DNA of 64,000 nt from Priapulus caudatus. Taxonomy: Eukaryota. The stretch spans positions 1,023,506 through 1,087,505 of the forward strand of contig NW_014577071.1 in NCBI RefSeq assembly GCF_000485595.1, in the 5' to 3' direction. The notes beneath the pieces were generated by a model that searched no databases, had not been told where the DNA came from, and worked only from the letters and a program-made list of their open reading frames with translations. Positions 38,609-54,232 of this stretch are shown in pieces. The translations under genes and the position numbers were made by a program. Each line of letters opens with the position of its first letter. Position 1 is the stretch's first letter.

Positions 38609-40421
38609 CTTGCATTTCCTTTGTGAAGTCCAGCTTTCTGACGTTGACGTTGATTGCATGCATAGTTGACCGACACTCACCTACACTCTTGTGGCTTAGT
38701 ATAAGCGTGCGTATTTACGTGCACACTGATTGCAGTCTTAACATGGAAGTGCTTTCAGAATATCGTGACAAACATAGCTTATGCTGTCTGCCGATGTATC
38801 ATATGCGCATGCTATGCTAAGTCTGCTAAGTGTAGCGAAGCTGCTCATTTACCGTCATCGTATAAGTGCATGGTTACGTGTGGGTGTATGTCTAACACCC
38901 TTTGCTAACGTCTATCAGGCACATATTGAAAAGAACACAACAGCAGTGGTATACGTATTCTAGTTACTCTCTTTAATCGTTACCTCTTAAGCTATGTATA
39001 ATCCCATAACAGGACAATCGCGTACCCAGGGTTTACGCGAGACACGGTCATAACTTACGAGGCTAATGCTGTGACGTCTGGTTATGTAAGAGGATGTGCA
39101 GTCTGTATCTAGCGTAGTTTGTCTATATTTTGCGAGCTCTTTGTCTGTCTTCTCTCTCGCCAAGCAAGAGATTTTATACCCAAACTGGAGACCCGCCTAC
39201 CTATTGTTTATCGTCAACCCCGCTATAACGCGACCGCCTGTAATTGGTTGCCTCTACTACCTGGCTGGTCCATGGTCACGACTACACAGCTGGGCATGTA
39301 CCCAAAATAAAACAATAGCATAATAGTGCTTCGACTCCTTTTCCTAGGCGAATTTCTTACTGTGTATTTCTGCGGTATTACATAAAGGATTGGGCAATAA
39401 TATTGTCTAGTAATCAACAGGGACGTACATTCGCGATGGAAATTCTGAGCTGCATTGCGTTTGTCACGCTGTGCGGTATTTTCGAGCATAACGTAGAAGT
39501 AAAGGTAAACGTAAAATGCTTAATCTTGCACGATTAAATGTCCGTAGTGTTTTTTTGTTATAATCTGCCTACGCGACGTCTCGATAAAATAATCTCGGAA
39601 ACCTTATTTTTCCCCTGTCTGGACACGGATTGTGTGTTCTATCTTTCGGGGGGGGGGGGGTATAATCTTCAGCCTAACAGCCTCTCCATATCCTCGCGAC
39701 CCAAATCGACAATCCACGGCAATGATGCTTTTTGCGCAGGCTTCATCGAACACACTCATCTGAGGCTAAGGTACGCCACCGTCGCAATAGTGACGCTGGT
39801 ATTTGCATGCTAAGGCTGCAGATATCGCACTAATGCCGCTGATTTCAGCGTAACGCTGCGTGTTACCATGGTAGCGGCGGTATTTCTAGACGAATGTTTT
39901 CGTAGTAAGGCTGAAATATCTGGGCCCGCGACACTGGAGTCTTTGTTGTGACAGTGTTTCGACGCTGTTTTCGGTGCTTTGCGGACGTTTTTATCGAGGT
40001 TCGCGAGTGTCTTCAGAGTTATTTTGGGGGTGGGTTTAGTGTGAGCTAATATGCGGCCATTGCCAACTCTGCTTCATCTCTCCTGTGGGACGCCGGATAT
40101 TCGTTATCCTAGAGAATCGGGAACTGAAAAAAGGAGCATGCGTGTTGTGGTCCGATTTAGTTCGCTTGATCCAGCCCAAGCACCATCGCTATCGTACTGT
40201 ATATCAGTAGTGTAATGCGTGCGGCGTGTGCATACCAGCTTGGATGTATATCTGAAAGAAATCCCTCCGCGTCGATTGTCATGCATAATAGGCATGAAAA
40301 TATGTCCGCCTTCACATGACCGTAGACGGTTTTCGTCAGAGAATTGCCCATAATTTTGGTACCTTCCCCTAAGGAATACGCAACAACAAAACGTACTGGA
40401 ACCTAGAAGGTATCAGGACAA

Positions 40422-40510
40422 ATACCCCCCGGGACAATATATTACCCCCGGGACATTTACCCCCATGCCATTCACCCCTCGGACAATTACCCCTCGAACA
40501 TTTACCCCTA
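40422..40510. repeat. Short tandem GGACA(A/T)TTACCCC repeats, likely subterminal repeats of a non-autonomous DNA element
   Basis: Five to six imperfect copies of ACCCC(C/T)CGG(G)ACA.TT. Confidence 0.55.
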
Positions 40511-42309
40511 TGGGGTGGTATATGGGGGGGGATAGAACCATAAACAGTCCCTTTTGTAACGTCTAAAACCCCATCTCATTTCTGTCGTTCGCACGTGCCA
40601 TCAACTACTACTTGCCTTCGCACCGTGTCAGATTTTAATTTTCTAAGATGGCTCTAGAGGCGTATACGTGACGAATTTTGGGGGGGGGGAGGGCGAGAGC
40701 GCGATAAATTTGTGTCCGCTGAAGTGTGTGTGTAGGGAGGGGGAGAAAACAGCTCGTTGTAGCGTACAGTGTGGCGTCAAGTTCTCGGCGTGATTCCTCT
40801 GTGAGCACTCGATGCACATTTCGGCTTGAGCCCTCTAATGAGGGCAATATGGCGACCCGCTTTATCTCAATTTGTTCGCGGATGTGTCGCGTAAAATCAA
40901 GCAGCATTCACCGCGAGCCATTGATCCTATTAAGTAGCGTGACAACGAGGAGGGGGAGGGGAGTGTTGAAACCATATTGTTGACCACGAAATATCGTGAG
41001 ACTTGTAATTTGCGAGGGACAACGCTTCGGAACGCGTATTCGCCGAGCACTTGTTTACTGATAATATTGGTTTGAACAGCGTTATTAAAAAGGCTTTTCA
41101 GAAGGTCAGTGGAATGGAGGCAGTCAGGAACTTAGATATATATCAGCGGTATAGGGAAATCCGAGGCATCGACCGAAGACAAATAAATAGATTTGTCGGT
41201 TATTAACTGTTATTTGCTGATGTGGTATAAACCGTTTATTCGGCTTGAATTCGTGAAATTTATAGGAATTTTCTATAAGCCGCTTCGCTAAGCACCATAA
41301 CTACAGGCTTTCTCGCAACTATGGAGTTTGTAAGCCATTTTTAGATGACTTGTCCGTTGAAATCCCATTACCATTTCAAATAAGTAGTCAATGACGCATT
41401 TTAAAGAGCTACCGGCATGCTGGGCATGCAGTGATGCTGACGCGTGTATGCATATATCTGCGACGATCGCTTCCGTTTTATTGCTCTAGTATATACATTC
41501 GATCGCATTTTGTCAAGTAAACCACGGGGCACTAATCGGATACAGAATATACCCATTATAGCGGATATTTTCCATCATATCCGTTCTTTCGTCGGATTTC
41601 GCAATATGGAATGTTTGTTAGCCGTGCACCGCCGGTCATACACGAGTATGTCTGCTCTGTACGGCTATTTCACAAGACTATATAAGCATTGGGTCGGAAA
41701 TGAATGGCCTGCTAGCATATCACATTGTGGCGTGTGCGTGTACACGCACACCCAGTGCTTGCTAGATTTCCAAAGCGATCCCCCCATAATTTAATACCCG
41801 TAAGTGATAGGATGGCATTTCACATCAAACTATAATAATTGAAATTCAGAATGAAGTCGTAGTCGCCAGCGGCATTTCGCAATCATCTCGCGAAAAACTC
41901 CAAAAAATGTATTCCATTGAAATGTCACGAAAATATTAATTACAAAATTTTATTCTTTGTCGCTTTTGTTCAAGACGTCAGAGAAAACGAGATGACAAAA
42001 TCAGAAGAGTAATCGATATGAACCTGAATTATAACGGCAAATAGTTCTTAGCAAAAACACAAAACAATCGAACGATTTTTCTCGCACCGCCTTCTTTATA
42101 TTTATACCGATAATTTCGAATATAATTGTGAATATAATTTGATTTATTTACAATAACCGAGAATGTTCGATAAATATCGAAGTGATATGAGGTCGATATA
42201 TTTAGTTATATCACACCAGACACAATCAATTGAGCTTCTGAATTACCCAAAGCCCACTACCAGACACACGCGCGTGCACGCGCACACACGCATGCGCACG
42301 CATGCACAT

Positions 42310-42404
<95 letters not shown>

Positions 42405-42422
42405 NNNNNNNNNNACGACGAC

Positions 42423-42518
<96 letters not shown>
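42310..42518. repeat. (CA)n microsatellite spanning a small gap
   Basis: Direct reading. Confidence 0.95.
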
Positions 42519-42521
<3 letters not shown>

Positions 42522-43000
42522 CCACGCCGTCGCAAACCCCACCTACGCTAACACTGGGTAAACATTCCCACCTCCTTCACATGCACACACCCGCTACAAT
42601 AATTACCGACTATAGCTTATGCATTCATCATTGAAATTCCTTTGACCGGCATTACCCCCCCTCCCCCCTCCACCATTCCGTTAACACGTTGCCGCGACGC
42701 CAGTAATTTAATGTCATTTTCGTCCGCAGCGGCGTCGAGTAAGAAGCCATCAAGGCTAGCGTACACGGAAGCTTGTCAAGTGCTTCGTCTGCCGGCGGAA
42801 CCTTTGAACTATCGCGCGCGACCGAGCGCGAGGTGCGGCGCACACCGCCAACACTGTTTGCCTGTTGCAGCTGCTTCTGCTGCGTGTGTGCGTCGAAATA
42901 TTACGATGCAAGCGCCCAGATACTTTCTAGAACGTGATTAACGTCCATGAACGCTGAGTGCTTAATGCTTTCATGTTCAATGGATGGCGTTCATTCGCGT

Positions 43001-43252
43001 ATCAGCTGTTATATGGCGTGTAGGGACGTAACGTTGAATGTCACCCATACTGGCAATACTCGACGTGGGGCGGACGTTCCATGATATATACCGGCGTTAC
43101 GTGGCGTGCATCAGCGTTATATGGCGTGTAGGGACGTAACGTTGCGTGTACGGGCGGTATATGTCACCCATACTGGCAATACTCGACGTGGGGCGGACGT
43201 TCCATGGTATATACCGGCGTTACGTGGCGTGCATCAGCGTTATATGGCGTGT
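43001..43252 (+). repeat. Tandem repeat, ~110-125-bp unit, just over 2 copies
   Basis: ATCAGC(T)GTTATATGGCGTGT...ATGTCACCCATACTGGCAATACTCGACGTGGGGCGGACGTTCCATG... repeated. Confidence 0.9.
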
Positions 43253-43991
43253 GTGTGTGTGTGTACATTGGCGTGTACCGACGTTACATGGAGTGTGCTG
43301 GTGCAATGTTATCCGTACTGAGGTTACATGGGGCGTACTGGCGTTACATGCCGTATTACGATGTCACGTTACGTATACAAGTGTCATATGATTAACATCA
43401 CGTCACATGCAATAACGCCACGTCATTAGCATAGACGTATTGAAGTCACGTCATTTGCGCTTAACGGTATGACGTCACTCCATTTACGAATAGCGGGATG
43501 ACGTCACGTGTATCGGCGTACGTGATCTACTCCTTCACAATTCCTGTAACATTATCTACTTTGAAGGTAGTTTACTCGTAATAAATTCGCCTTTAGATCT
43601 ACTCGCAAAATGGCCGCCTCCGGCGGCCATATTCGCTCGTTACGCTGATGAGACTACGATGATTTCTCTAAATCCAGGCCCGATTCATAGTAATCTTTTA
43701 GTAAAATATTGACAATGGAAAGCTGGCAATGGAGAAGCCGACAACGAGGGAAGACTGATCACATGTCACGGTAATAGGCGGATAAGGAATACGGAAGCTA
43801 TAAAGAGTGTGCACAGTGGTTTGCCCGACGAGCCGACAGTACTTCCGAGTTCCTCGCACGAGTCACGGTTTTAAATCGTCTTAGATATTTAACGTTTATT
43901 GTGGAGGCAACAGTTTGACTTTCAATCTCCACCGCACTCCCGCCAGCCCATCAAATATCTTGTGACAAGCTATATCAACATCATAACCACG

Positions 43992-44092
<101 letters not shown>

Positions 44093-44613
44093 NNNNNNNN
44101 NNAAAGTACGATAATACTCAGCAGGCGTACACACTTCAGTATATAGGAGTAGGCACGCCTCCCAGAGTGCGATGATACTCTGCAGGCACTCTCCTCACAT
44201 CAAATCCGGTGTTCATCTCACACAGGGAAAAATAAGATGAGAAAAAGAAGACGCCGTCTGTGAATGACTATATGCTTAGCATATAATTTATATCTTGACT
44301 CTTTCACACACACACACACACACACGTTCACGTTCCAACATATGTTTCGTATGTCACCGCTGATCGGAAAATAAATTTAATGCGGGCTTGGCATTGGCAA
44401 TAGCTCTAAAGCAATGCGAGCGTGGGAGTGTGATGTAAGAAAACGCGCGAATACTCTTGCCTAGCAGATGTTGTCTAATGATGAGTGTTTATTGCTATCG
44501 CAGCCGTTCGATGAGCCTGTCTCATCGATGGATGCTCAATATAGAACGCGGCTAATTGTGTTTTTGCTCAATGTTTTTCGTTATGGGGTTTGTGAGAGAA
44601 AGTTTAGGCGATT

Positions 44614-44649
<36 letters not shown>

Positions 44650-44885
44650 GCTACTAGCGGTACTTAATACGATTGTAATAATTAGGTCACACGAGATACA
44701 GAATCTGGTTGCTGGTTAAAAAATAATATTGTATTGTATTGACTATTTTTCTTTTCTCCCCCACCTCTTCCGTGCTCTCTCTCACTCTCTTTCCTTCTCT
44801 CTCTTTGTTTCATTCCTTCTTTCGCTCTATGTATAGCTTATCTTCATTCTCTCACCATCTCTCTATATCTATCTATCTATCTATC

Positions 44886-45063
<178 letters not shown>

Positions 45064-46283
45064 GCGCGCGCGTTCGCTCTCGCTCAAGTTCTCTCTCTCT
45101 CTCCCTCTCCGCCACCATTTGCTTTCAAAAGGAAATATATTGTCGGCACGCTGCCTTTGTCGAGGATAACTACGCCGTCCGCTGGAATCAGTCGCATCTC
45201 GATATTTGTCGGCGCAAAATTGCTACTAGTTCTCCTCAAATTATCTTCATCGTCAGATGCGTCCAACGATTTATAGCACGTGCTCGCCGTGTCTGATTAA
45301 AACGCGTTCTGCATGAATGTTTGTTGAAGCTGCGCGTGGCAGATGCAATCCTGGACGCTTAGTTAGGACTCGATGAGGAATGGAGCTAGCATTATCGGCC
45401 GAGGGTGGCCCTCCTGTATGAAGCAGTGAGACTAATAGCTGTAGGCGTTGACTATCATGCAAAACGTGAATGTTGATGGGAAGTTAGACGTCTTCCGTTT
45501 CAGTCCCCTCTCTTTGAATCACCGCTGTCCTGCGCGAGTCCCCCAATAAGACAGCAGTGTATATAGTCTATCTATCTAAGCGTCAGTCTATCGTCGACAA
45601 TAGAGGACCGGCGTGACTATAAGGTGAAAATCGGTGATATTTTATATCGCGCAACGGCGCGCATCCACTTACATGTATATACAAGATAGACGCCATGTTC
45701 TGTGACGTCATAATCGGTCAAGGACGTCGATGAAGAATGAGATGAAGAGCTCATATAAACTCATGGCCGTGGATATTATCGTTCTTTATATCGCATCTTT
45801 GGTTGTGGGATATCTTAACATTTCATAATTATTTTAAGATGTGACTGTCTTTATTTGCATTTACAAACAACGAACTCATTTTCGGCCAAGCGGTTTATTC
45901 CTTCTACGCGTGTTATAACTCGGATGTCAATTAAATGTAGCTTCAACATTTTGACGGAAAGAATATTTTTTCAGGAGAAAATAACGAGAAAATAATAATC
46001 CTCTAAATAAGGCAGTATAATGTTCCACGAGTGCAGTAGGATAAGAATAGGAAATCGGTGTGCGTAGAGCTTGTCCAATTAGAATTGCACGCTCCACGGA
46101 AGTCGTGAACATGAAACGTGTGACGCGTGCTGACAGTCACACAAAACTAATCCCGCCAATAACTGTCACTGCCAAGCGCATTTCCGAAACCAGTTCGTCA
46201 GCAGATTTGCGTTTCTTCCAGCAACGCCTGCATGGTGTGCACGGTCCCTTGATGGTTAACCGATGAAACTTTGTATCTCGACG

Positions 46284-47090
<807 letters not shown>

Positions 47091-47667
47091 TGATATGGCG
47101 TAACTTAACCAATATAACCACTGATTCCTCAGCACCATGCATGGGTTGGGATGATCATTATTTCTAGCGCCGTACACTAACTCTCCGTCTCACTAACAGC
47201 GTGTCATACCGAGCTTGCACCTGCCGCAGCAGCGCCACAAACAGCACCACACGTGCTTGGATGCGCGCGTGCGTGTGATATACGGTATAGGGGTACAGGC
47301 ACGTGGCTGGATCGTGATAGCATCCTGTGGCTCATCAGCCCGTTGTCAGAAACAAAAGCAAAGTCTTAACACTAACATTTTCTCGTAGACCATCGACAGC
47401 TCTTTGTTTCGTATTGTTATGAGAAAATCTGCTACGATTTTACTTTCAGGTAACTTCGCAGCGTTTCTGTCGACGGTCTAAGAGAAAAAGTTAATGTTAA
47501 GACTAATGTTAAGACTAATTTTGTTTCTGACAACGGGCCCGGAGCTCGTAACCCGCTCGCTGATTGTTTCCAATGAGAGAAGCATCGCGCTGCGTGACGT
47601 CACGCCGTCACGAGACTTCGTGAGCGGCCGTCGCGGATTTAATGCGGTTCGTGAGATTAGCAATCCT

Positions 47668-47919
47668 CTGTACCCCTATACCGTATATCACACGCACGCG
47701 CGCATCCAAGCACGTGCCTGTACCCCTATACCGTATATCACACTCACGCGCGCATCCAAGCACGTGTCTGTACCCCTATACCGTATATCACACGCACGCG
47801 CGCATCCAAGCACGTGCCTGTACCCCTATACCGTATATCACAAGCACGCGCACATCCAAGCACGTGTCGGTACCCCTATACCGTATATCCCATGCACGCG
47901 CACATCCAAGCACGTGCCT
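47668..47919 (+). repeat. 50-bp minisatellite, 5 copies, with one inverted copy at 47250-47305
   Basis: Unit TGTACCCCTATACCGTATATCACACGCACGCGCGCATCCAAGCACGTGCC; its reverse complement lies ~360 bp upstream. Confidence 0.92.
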
Positions 47920-49641
47920 ATACTGTCGCTGCCTTTGTCGGTGTCGACTTTGATGTCCCTGGAAACACGTCTGCGCATCCGTTACAAGTCCTTGACTAAG
48001 CGATCGCTCAGCTATGTTCACCTGCTGCGTGCGGTCCTGCTGAGATAACGGAAGCTAACTAGTATCTTGATCATATTTGTGATTAATGCGCCCGTGATTA
48101 ATAGGAAGGGGAAGCAGGCGGAAGCTCCATCTAGGACTGCATCGTGATATACGTCCTGCCTATACGTGCTGATAGTTACGTTACTTTCAATTTATACTAA
48201 CTTTCATCGTGATATAACTTTTTTGCGGTGTTGTAATCGCTTTGTAAGCTTACGTTGCTTCGAGGATTAATGAATCCTCGTTTATGCGAGGATTAATGAA
48301 ATCGCGTCAGATAACGCCTAGATAACCTTGAATAGCAAAAAACACCGAGTTTTGAGGGTGACTTGACGAAAAAAAAGAAAACGAAAACCATAGTAATCCC
48401 GCATAGCAAAACTAACTAATCCAAATAGTCGTCTCTGATTGGCTGACGTTATGTGCAAAAAATGCTGAACACGTTTTTATCGGTATAGCGAGACTTTAAG
48501 CAATATCAGTGTGCTTTAAAACCAGATAATTGCACAAAATTGCCATGGTCAGTGTAAATTTACCTGCTTATGAATGCCAGCCGAGAAGGAACCGAGTACA
48601 TCCCTCCTTATGTATGATGTATCTCCTCCTTATAGAATTTGCTTGTGGATTGTATGTGGACCGCTCTGGCACATGTTGACATAATTATACCTATACGGCA
48701 TCGTTCTACGCCTACTGCCAGAAGCCTGTATTAGCAAACCCGAGAACAGTACAATAAAGCTAGTTTACGCGTAAAATATCACGAAACGTGTCCACGATTG
48801 GAAAAAAAATGTAAACGAATGTTGTTTTCTGATCGGAATAGAACTATATCAGGCGTGTTAGTCGTGTTGTATATTAGATCAAAATTGATGCTAACACATA
48901 TCGAACGACGTTGACAACAAAGCATGAGGAGCGTACCGGTGGGGATTTACGCGCGAACGAGTACGTAATTGATGTAACATCTTCATCGTGTGTTAGCGGA
49001 ATGTTTGCTAGCTAGCAGACGAGACTTGTGTACTAAAGCTGCGAGACACGGCCACCTGAATGCCGTGACGGCCCTGACACGAGTCGAGTTTGTACACGTT
49101 CCGGCAATCGGCTTCATTTCCGTCAGGTTCTAACAGGACGGCTGTCAGCATCGCCGGTTCAGAAAAAAAAGCGTTTTCGCGTTAAACAATTTCGCCGATT
49201 CACGATGGACTGGCAAGCTTTCGCCAATGATTTAGGGCGCAAGGGGTGATGTCAACTTCGCATGCCAATAACGCTCAATAAATCGTGTTGGGTTTGTATA
49301 ATCCGGAGCAATGGCAATATTTAGAAAAGATGTCACTGGCGGTTTCAAAAAGCTATAGTAATCCTTGTAAGCGTGTGTTCGCATCTTCATCCACTCAATT
49401 TTGATGTGGTTATTTTTTTTAAATTGTCCGCTAATTATTGCCGTGATTAATTGCCTTAATGATATAAAAAAGTAATTAACGTTGTCAATACTAGTGAAAT
49501 ATTTATGCAAAATTGTCAATTATTACTAGTGAAATATTTATCCAAAATTCGCATAATTAACAATACCAATATCGCATAATTAAGACGATAATAATCATTG
49601 TAATGATATCATATGAAATCAAACCTCTTAAAAGAATAATC

Positions 49642-49712
<71 letters not shown>

Positions 49713-50234
49713 CTCTCNNNNNNNNNNNNNNNNNNNNNNNNNNNNNNNNNNNNNNNNNNNNNNNNNNNNNNNNNNNNNNNNNNNNNNNNNNNNNNNNNNN
49801 NNNNNNNNNNNNNNNNNNNNNNNNNNNNNNNNNNNNNNNNNNNNNNNNNNNNNNNNNNNNNNNNNNNNNNNNNNNNNNNNNNNNNNNNNNNNNNNNNNNN
49901 NNNNNNNNNNNNNNNNNNNNNNNNNNNNNNNNNNNNNNNNNNNNNNNNNNNNNNNNNNNNNNNNNNNNNNNNNNNNNNNNNNNNNNNNNNNNNNNNNNNN
50001 NNNNNNNNNNNNNNNNNNNNNNNNNNNNNNNNNNNNNNNNNNNNNNNNNNNNNNNNNNNNNNNNNNNNNNNNNNNNNNNNNNNNNNNNCTCTCTCTCTCT
50101 CTCTCTCTCCCTCTCTCTCTCTCTAGACAGCTTTTTCCCACTTCCGTCCATCTTGCCTTGCTCTATAATATGCTCTGCTCTCTCTAAATAGCTGTTCTTA
50201 TGAGGGGCGTAATGCTACAGCCAGAGAACACATG

Positions 50235-50586
50235 CAGGCACTTGGAACGTCTCAATAAAAATAAATAATGGTAAATAAACACAAAATGTCTTTATTACGA
50301 GTCTCTCTTATTCATGTTGTTTGTGCACAGGGTGGGCGTGCGGTGTACTTGTGTGTTGCAGATGAGCATTTGACCGGCATTTACAGAGCTCTTATTCATG
50401 TTGCTTGTGCACAGGGCAGGCGTGCGGTGTACTTGTGTGTTGCAGATGAGCATTTGACCGGCATTTACAGGTGATTATAGGCGAAATAGAGTAGAGAAAC
50501 ATGGTAGACATGGAGACTTTGGTAGTGAATACATTTCGTGTTTATTTACTTTCATTCTTTTTTTATTGAGACTTTCCAAGTGCCTG
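50235..50586. mobile_element. MITE with ~26-bp TIRs and an internal 84-bp tandem duplication
   Basis: CAGGCACTTGGAACGTCTCAATAAAAA ... TTTTTATTGAGACTTTCCAAGTGCCTG; possible 2-bp TG TSD; a solo copy of the left arm at ~51532-51563. Confidence 0.75.
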
Positions 50587-51117
50587 TGAGCCAGAGACCC
50601 GCCTGACTACGTTAGCCATGTCTCCGCAGCGTCTGTGGCAACACATATACAGCTAGGCCGAGCTTTGCAAGCAGTCGCAAACGAACTCTAACGAAGTTGT
50701 AAATCTTCCGTGCCAACACGCTAATGAAATCAATGCGGCCATGTTTGCACGCGGGTCACGATCTTTAGACGCGAATGCGCACGCGCAACCGTTTACAACC
50801 CGACCAGCAAAGCTTCAATGCATAATATGATTCCCCGGAAATGGCCAATGACGTTCGTTTACTTGGCACGTTCTTCTCGCGAGTTTATTATCATGTTCTG
50901 AAATTTAGTTGCTAGCTGCGCGTGAATCTAAGCCTGATTAGCCATGATCGATGGCTTGTCATCGCGACTGACACCTACAAACTACCAATTATCCAGAGAG
51001 ACATAATACAGGATTGCGTGGCACAGCTTTGCTGTTGATCCTGAGCGCTGCGCGCGGATGAGACGCGCAGTTCCGCGGGATATGCGCACGCGACCGCAGG
51101 GATGTTCAAGTATGAAG

Positions 51118-51186
51118 CGCTGTCCGCAGTGGAGACGTGCGCCAAATTCTACAAGATCTAGGCGCACGTCTCCACAGCGGTCAGCG
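51118..51186. repeat. 69-bp hairpin (26-bp arms, 17-nt loop)
   Basis: CGCTGTCCGCAGTGGAGACGTGCGCC / GGCGCACGTCTCCACAGCGGTCAGCG, 2 mismatches. Confidence 0.8.
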
Positions 51187-53094
51187 GATGGTCTGTAGTT
51201 TTAGAAGATAACAATGAAGACTTTGTTCTAAATATGAACTATCGGCGGCTAAATAAGAGCAATATACACACCTTTAAATTTCTTGACTAGTCAGTCAAAG
51301 GGCTTGTTGGGGGTCCATTATGCAGAGCTTCCAATTGAAATGGCCCATAAAATTGTTAAGTAGAATTGTGTTTTTCGGAACCCCAAAGAAAATCTCCCTC
51401 TTACAGGGGGAAATCACGCTAACCCTCCCTGATCAATCACGCATTCAGGCGTAAACAATAACAGAGATGAAATTGTGTTGAGTTTGTGGCTCTTGACGCA
51501 CGTGCATTGACGTACAAGACTGTTGAAAGCACATGCACTTGGAACGTCTCAATAAAAATAAATATTCACACAAATTTTCACAATGATCGACCGCCTGTGT
51601 GCCAAATAGGTGAACGTATGTGAAACATAAACGGTTAGTACTTACTGTGACATATCCGTGACTAACTGACACCACTAAATTGGTAAAATGTTTCATGCAC
51701 CTTAAAAAATGTGAGAAATTACGAGGTTATCATCGCAAAACTTCCGAACACCGTACGTCACAAAGCTATATGTAAACAAACAGGCGTGTTGCGAGGTGCC
51801 TGCCTCCATTATCCATTTAGAGACCCGCTAAGCCAAGCATAAAGCGCGCGGGCAAGACGTCACACACACAGCTACGTTCACTGGCCAAAACAATCGAGTA
51901 GCGCGGTTAGGGATTTTCGGAATTATTTAATTTGAAGAAAAACTTAAATGTTCAATGAATGACGCACTCGTTCACTTCCGAAAGCGAATGAAAATGCCGA
52001 AAATGTTCCACTTCAATGCGAAATGCATCGGCCGGGCATTTCATTATTTAGAAAAAGTAAATAGGCTGGCGAAAAACAGTAGGTTCAGTAACTGGTCACG
52101 TCGGTGACGCCCCCTTCATGTCCATCAACGAAGAAGGCGGGACTTATTCTGATTACGGAGATGCGAAAATGCAACAGAAGGACGTAGCGCAGTGAACTAA
52201 ACAGCGTGTTATTTTCGTATTTGTGGCAAACTCTATCGTAGGAAACCGTTCTAACATAGCAGAATGCCCTAGTTCCTGAGATCGGTAATTAGGTGGTCAA
52301 ATGGGTCCCCATCTTTAAAAATATCAGAGTCTGGTGCGGCGTAGGCTGTGATTGGAATACACAAAGTGTCATGATCCTCGACGCGCCTCGGCATCATGGC
52401 CGCATCACGTCCAGACACGCACCCCCGATCTCCCTCTCTCAGTATGTGAGGCGTATATATGGAGATGAAAATGTCGACAGTATAGAGTTTTTCACCGTTT
52501 TTCATTCTTCAGACGCGAGAATTTAAGCCGCTTGGAAGAGATTTAGCTTCCTTTTTCCGCAACGCGGCATATATCACAACGTAGATGGAAAAAAATAAAA
52601 AATATCCTATTTTCTGTACATTTATAACGGTACGAATATATCTACCAACAATACGTATATGACGAATTTCGTGTGAATGAACATGTTCGTAATCCTGGCT
52701 CGCAGCTGCATGCGTTGCCTGCTTGAGTTTATTTAGAGATCAACTCCACCGCGCTATACTACGGTCATTAGGTAGGATACTACACAGGTTCATTAACAGG
52801 TGCGCCAGGTCACGTCTTTCTCATGCTATGTGTGGTGCACATTCGTGGAAACGCCATATAGCTCACTCACCATACTGCGCCACAGCAGATTTCATATCCA
52901 GGAATCAGTTCAATCTATGCAATCATATAGCATGACCATATTATCTTGATCATATCACGTCAAGGTATGTGCGTTACGAATTGAGGACCACGACGATGTG
53001 TGCCCGGCCGCGTATGTGCGCGTTGGATGAGTATTGCTATCATAGCCCTGTTGACCAAATCGGACCGGATTTTGGCCCAGCATATGTAAGTAGG

Positions 53095-53255
53095 TAAGTG
53101 AGTGGGTGAGTGAGTGAGTGAGAGAGAGTGAGTGAGTGAGTGAGTGAGTGAGTGAGTGAGTGAGTGAGTGAGTGAGTGAGTGAGTGAGTGAGTGAGAGTG
53201 AGTGAGTGAGTGAGTGAGAGTGAGTGAGAGTGAGTGAGTGAGTGAGTGAGTGAGT
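53095..53255. repeat. (GAGT)n microsatellite
   Basis: Direct reading. Confidence 0.95.
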
Positions 53256-54232
53256 AAGCGTTATAGAGCTTGCATCGCCTTGCACGCGCACCGTACCGCC
53301 TGGCACTTTTTCGCGATGGCTAGCTCCACGAATGCACCGCGAGTATTTAGCAGTGATATATATCATCCCGCTCCGTCTGTGGAACACCTCTATAATTCCC
53401 ACCGCCCACCGCCCGTTGATGTGCATATAAATCATCGATATCGGACGCAATGCATGTACGTATATTTCCTAAAGGTTGCGTTCTCTTGGCGGGAGAAAGA
53501 GTGCCGCACGTAGTCCCAGAGGCGAGTGGGTTGGGAATAATGGCAGTACGGTTGCTGGGCATTGACTACACCCACCGAGCGCTTGCATTTACAAATTAGT
53601 TTCCTCCCGATTGCGCGCATGCGCAGCAGCTGCTCTTCCTTCCAGCATCACAGAGTGTCGGCCTCGTGTTTCGGGCAGGCAGTGGCGGTTACATGCATAG
53701 ATGAAGGTAATGACTTCGCACTTTCTGTTCACGGCGTAAGGGCTGCATCGCTAACGTCGTTCGGCTGAACAGAATTGTCTTCGTTGGATTCGCGCAGCTA
53801 TCATTGGACACCGATTGCCAATATATTCTCGAAAAGAAGAAAATAATGCTAATCAAATGTACTTTCCCGCGATTCAGAATGCATAATGCAATTAGTTTTC
53901 AAATATTGTCTTATTTGTCGAGCGCTTGTCGTTGTCTAATCTTTTAACTAACTAACGTGTGCATTACATTGAGATGCATTCGTGAAATTAATTTCTCGCA
54001 TGAATTATTAATTCTCGCAGCATGTAAGTTACCTGTCAGACTAGAAATTGCGCGACGTGTGTATATTGGTATGAAATTGTAAATCTCATCAACATCATGC
54101 GAGAGACAGCGTCCTAGATTATTAGATTAGCCTACACACGACACGCCTATGATATATATAAGTCGTGAAATCCACACGCGAGTGATATATGAACACAGGT
54201 GATAACCACACTGTTCACATACAACCACCTAT

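Noticed and set aside
47668..47919. CRISPR-like array
   Set aside because: Units are contiguous with no unique spacers, and the context is eukaryotic with no cas genes.
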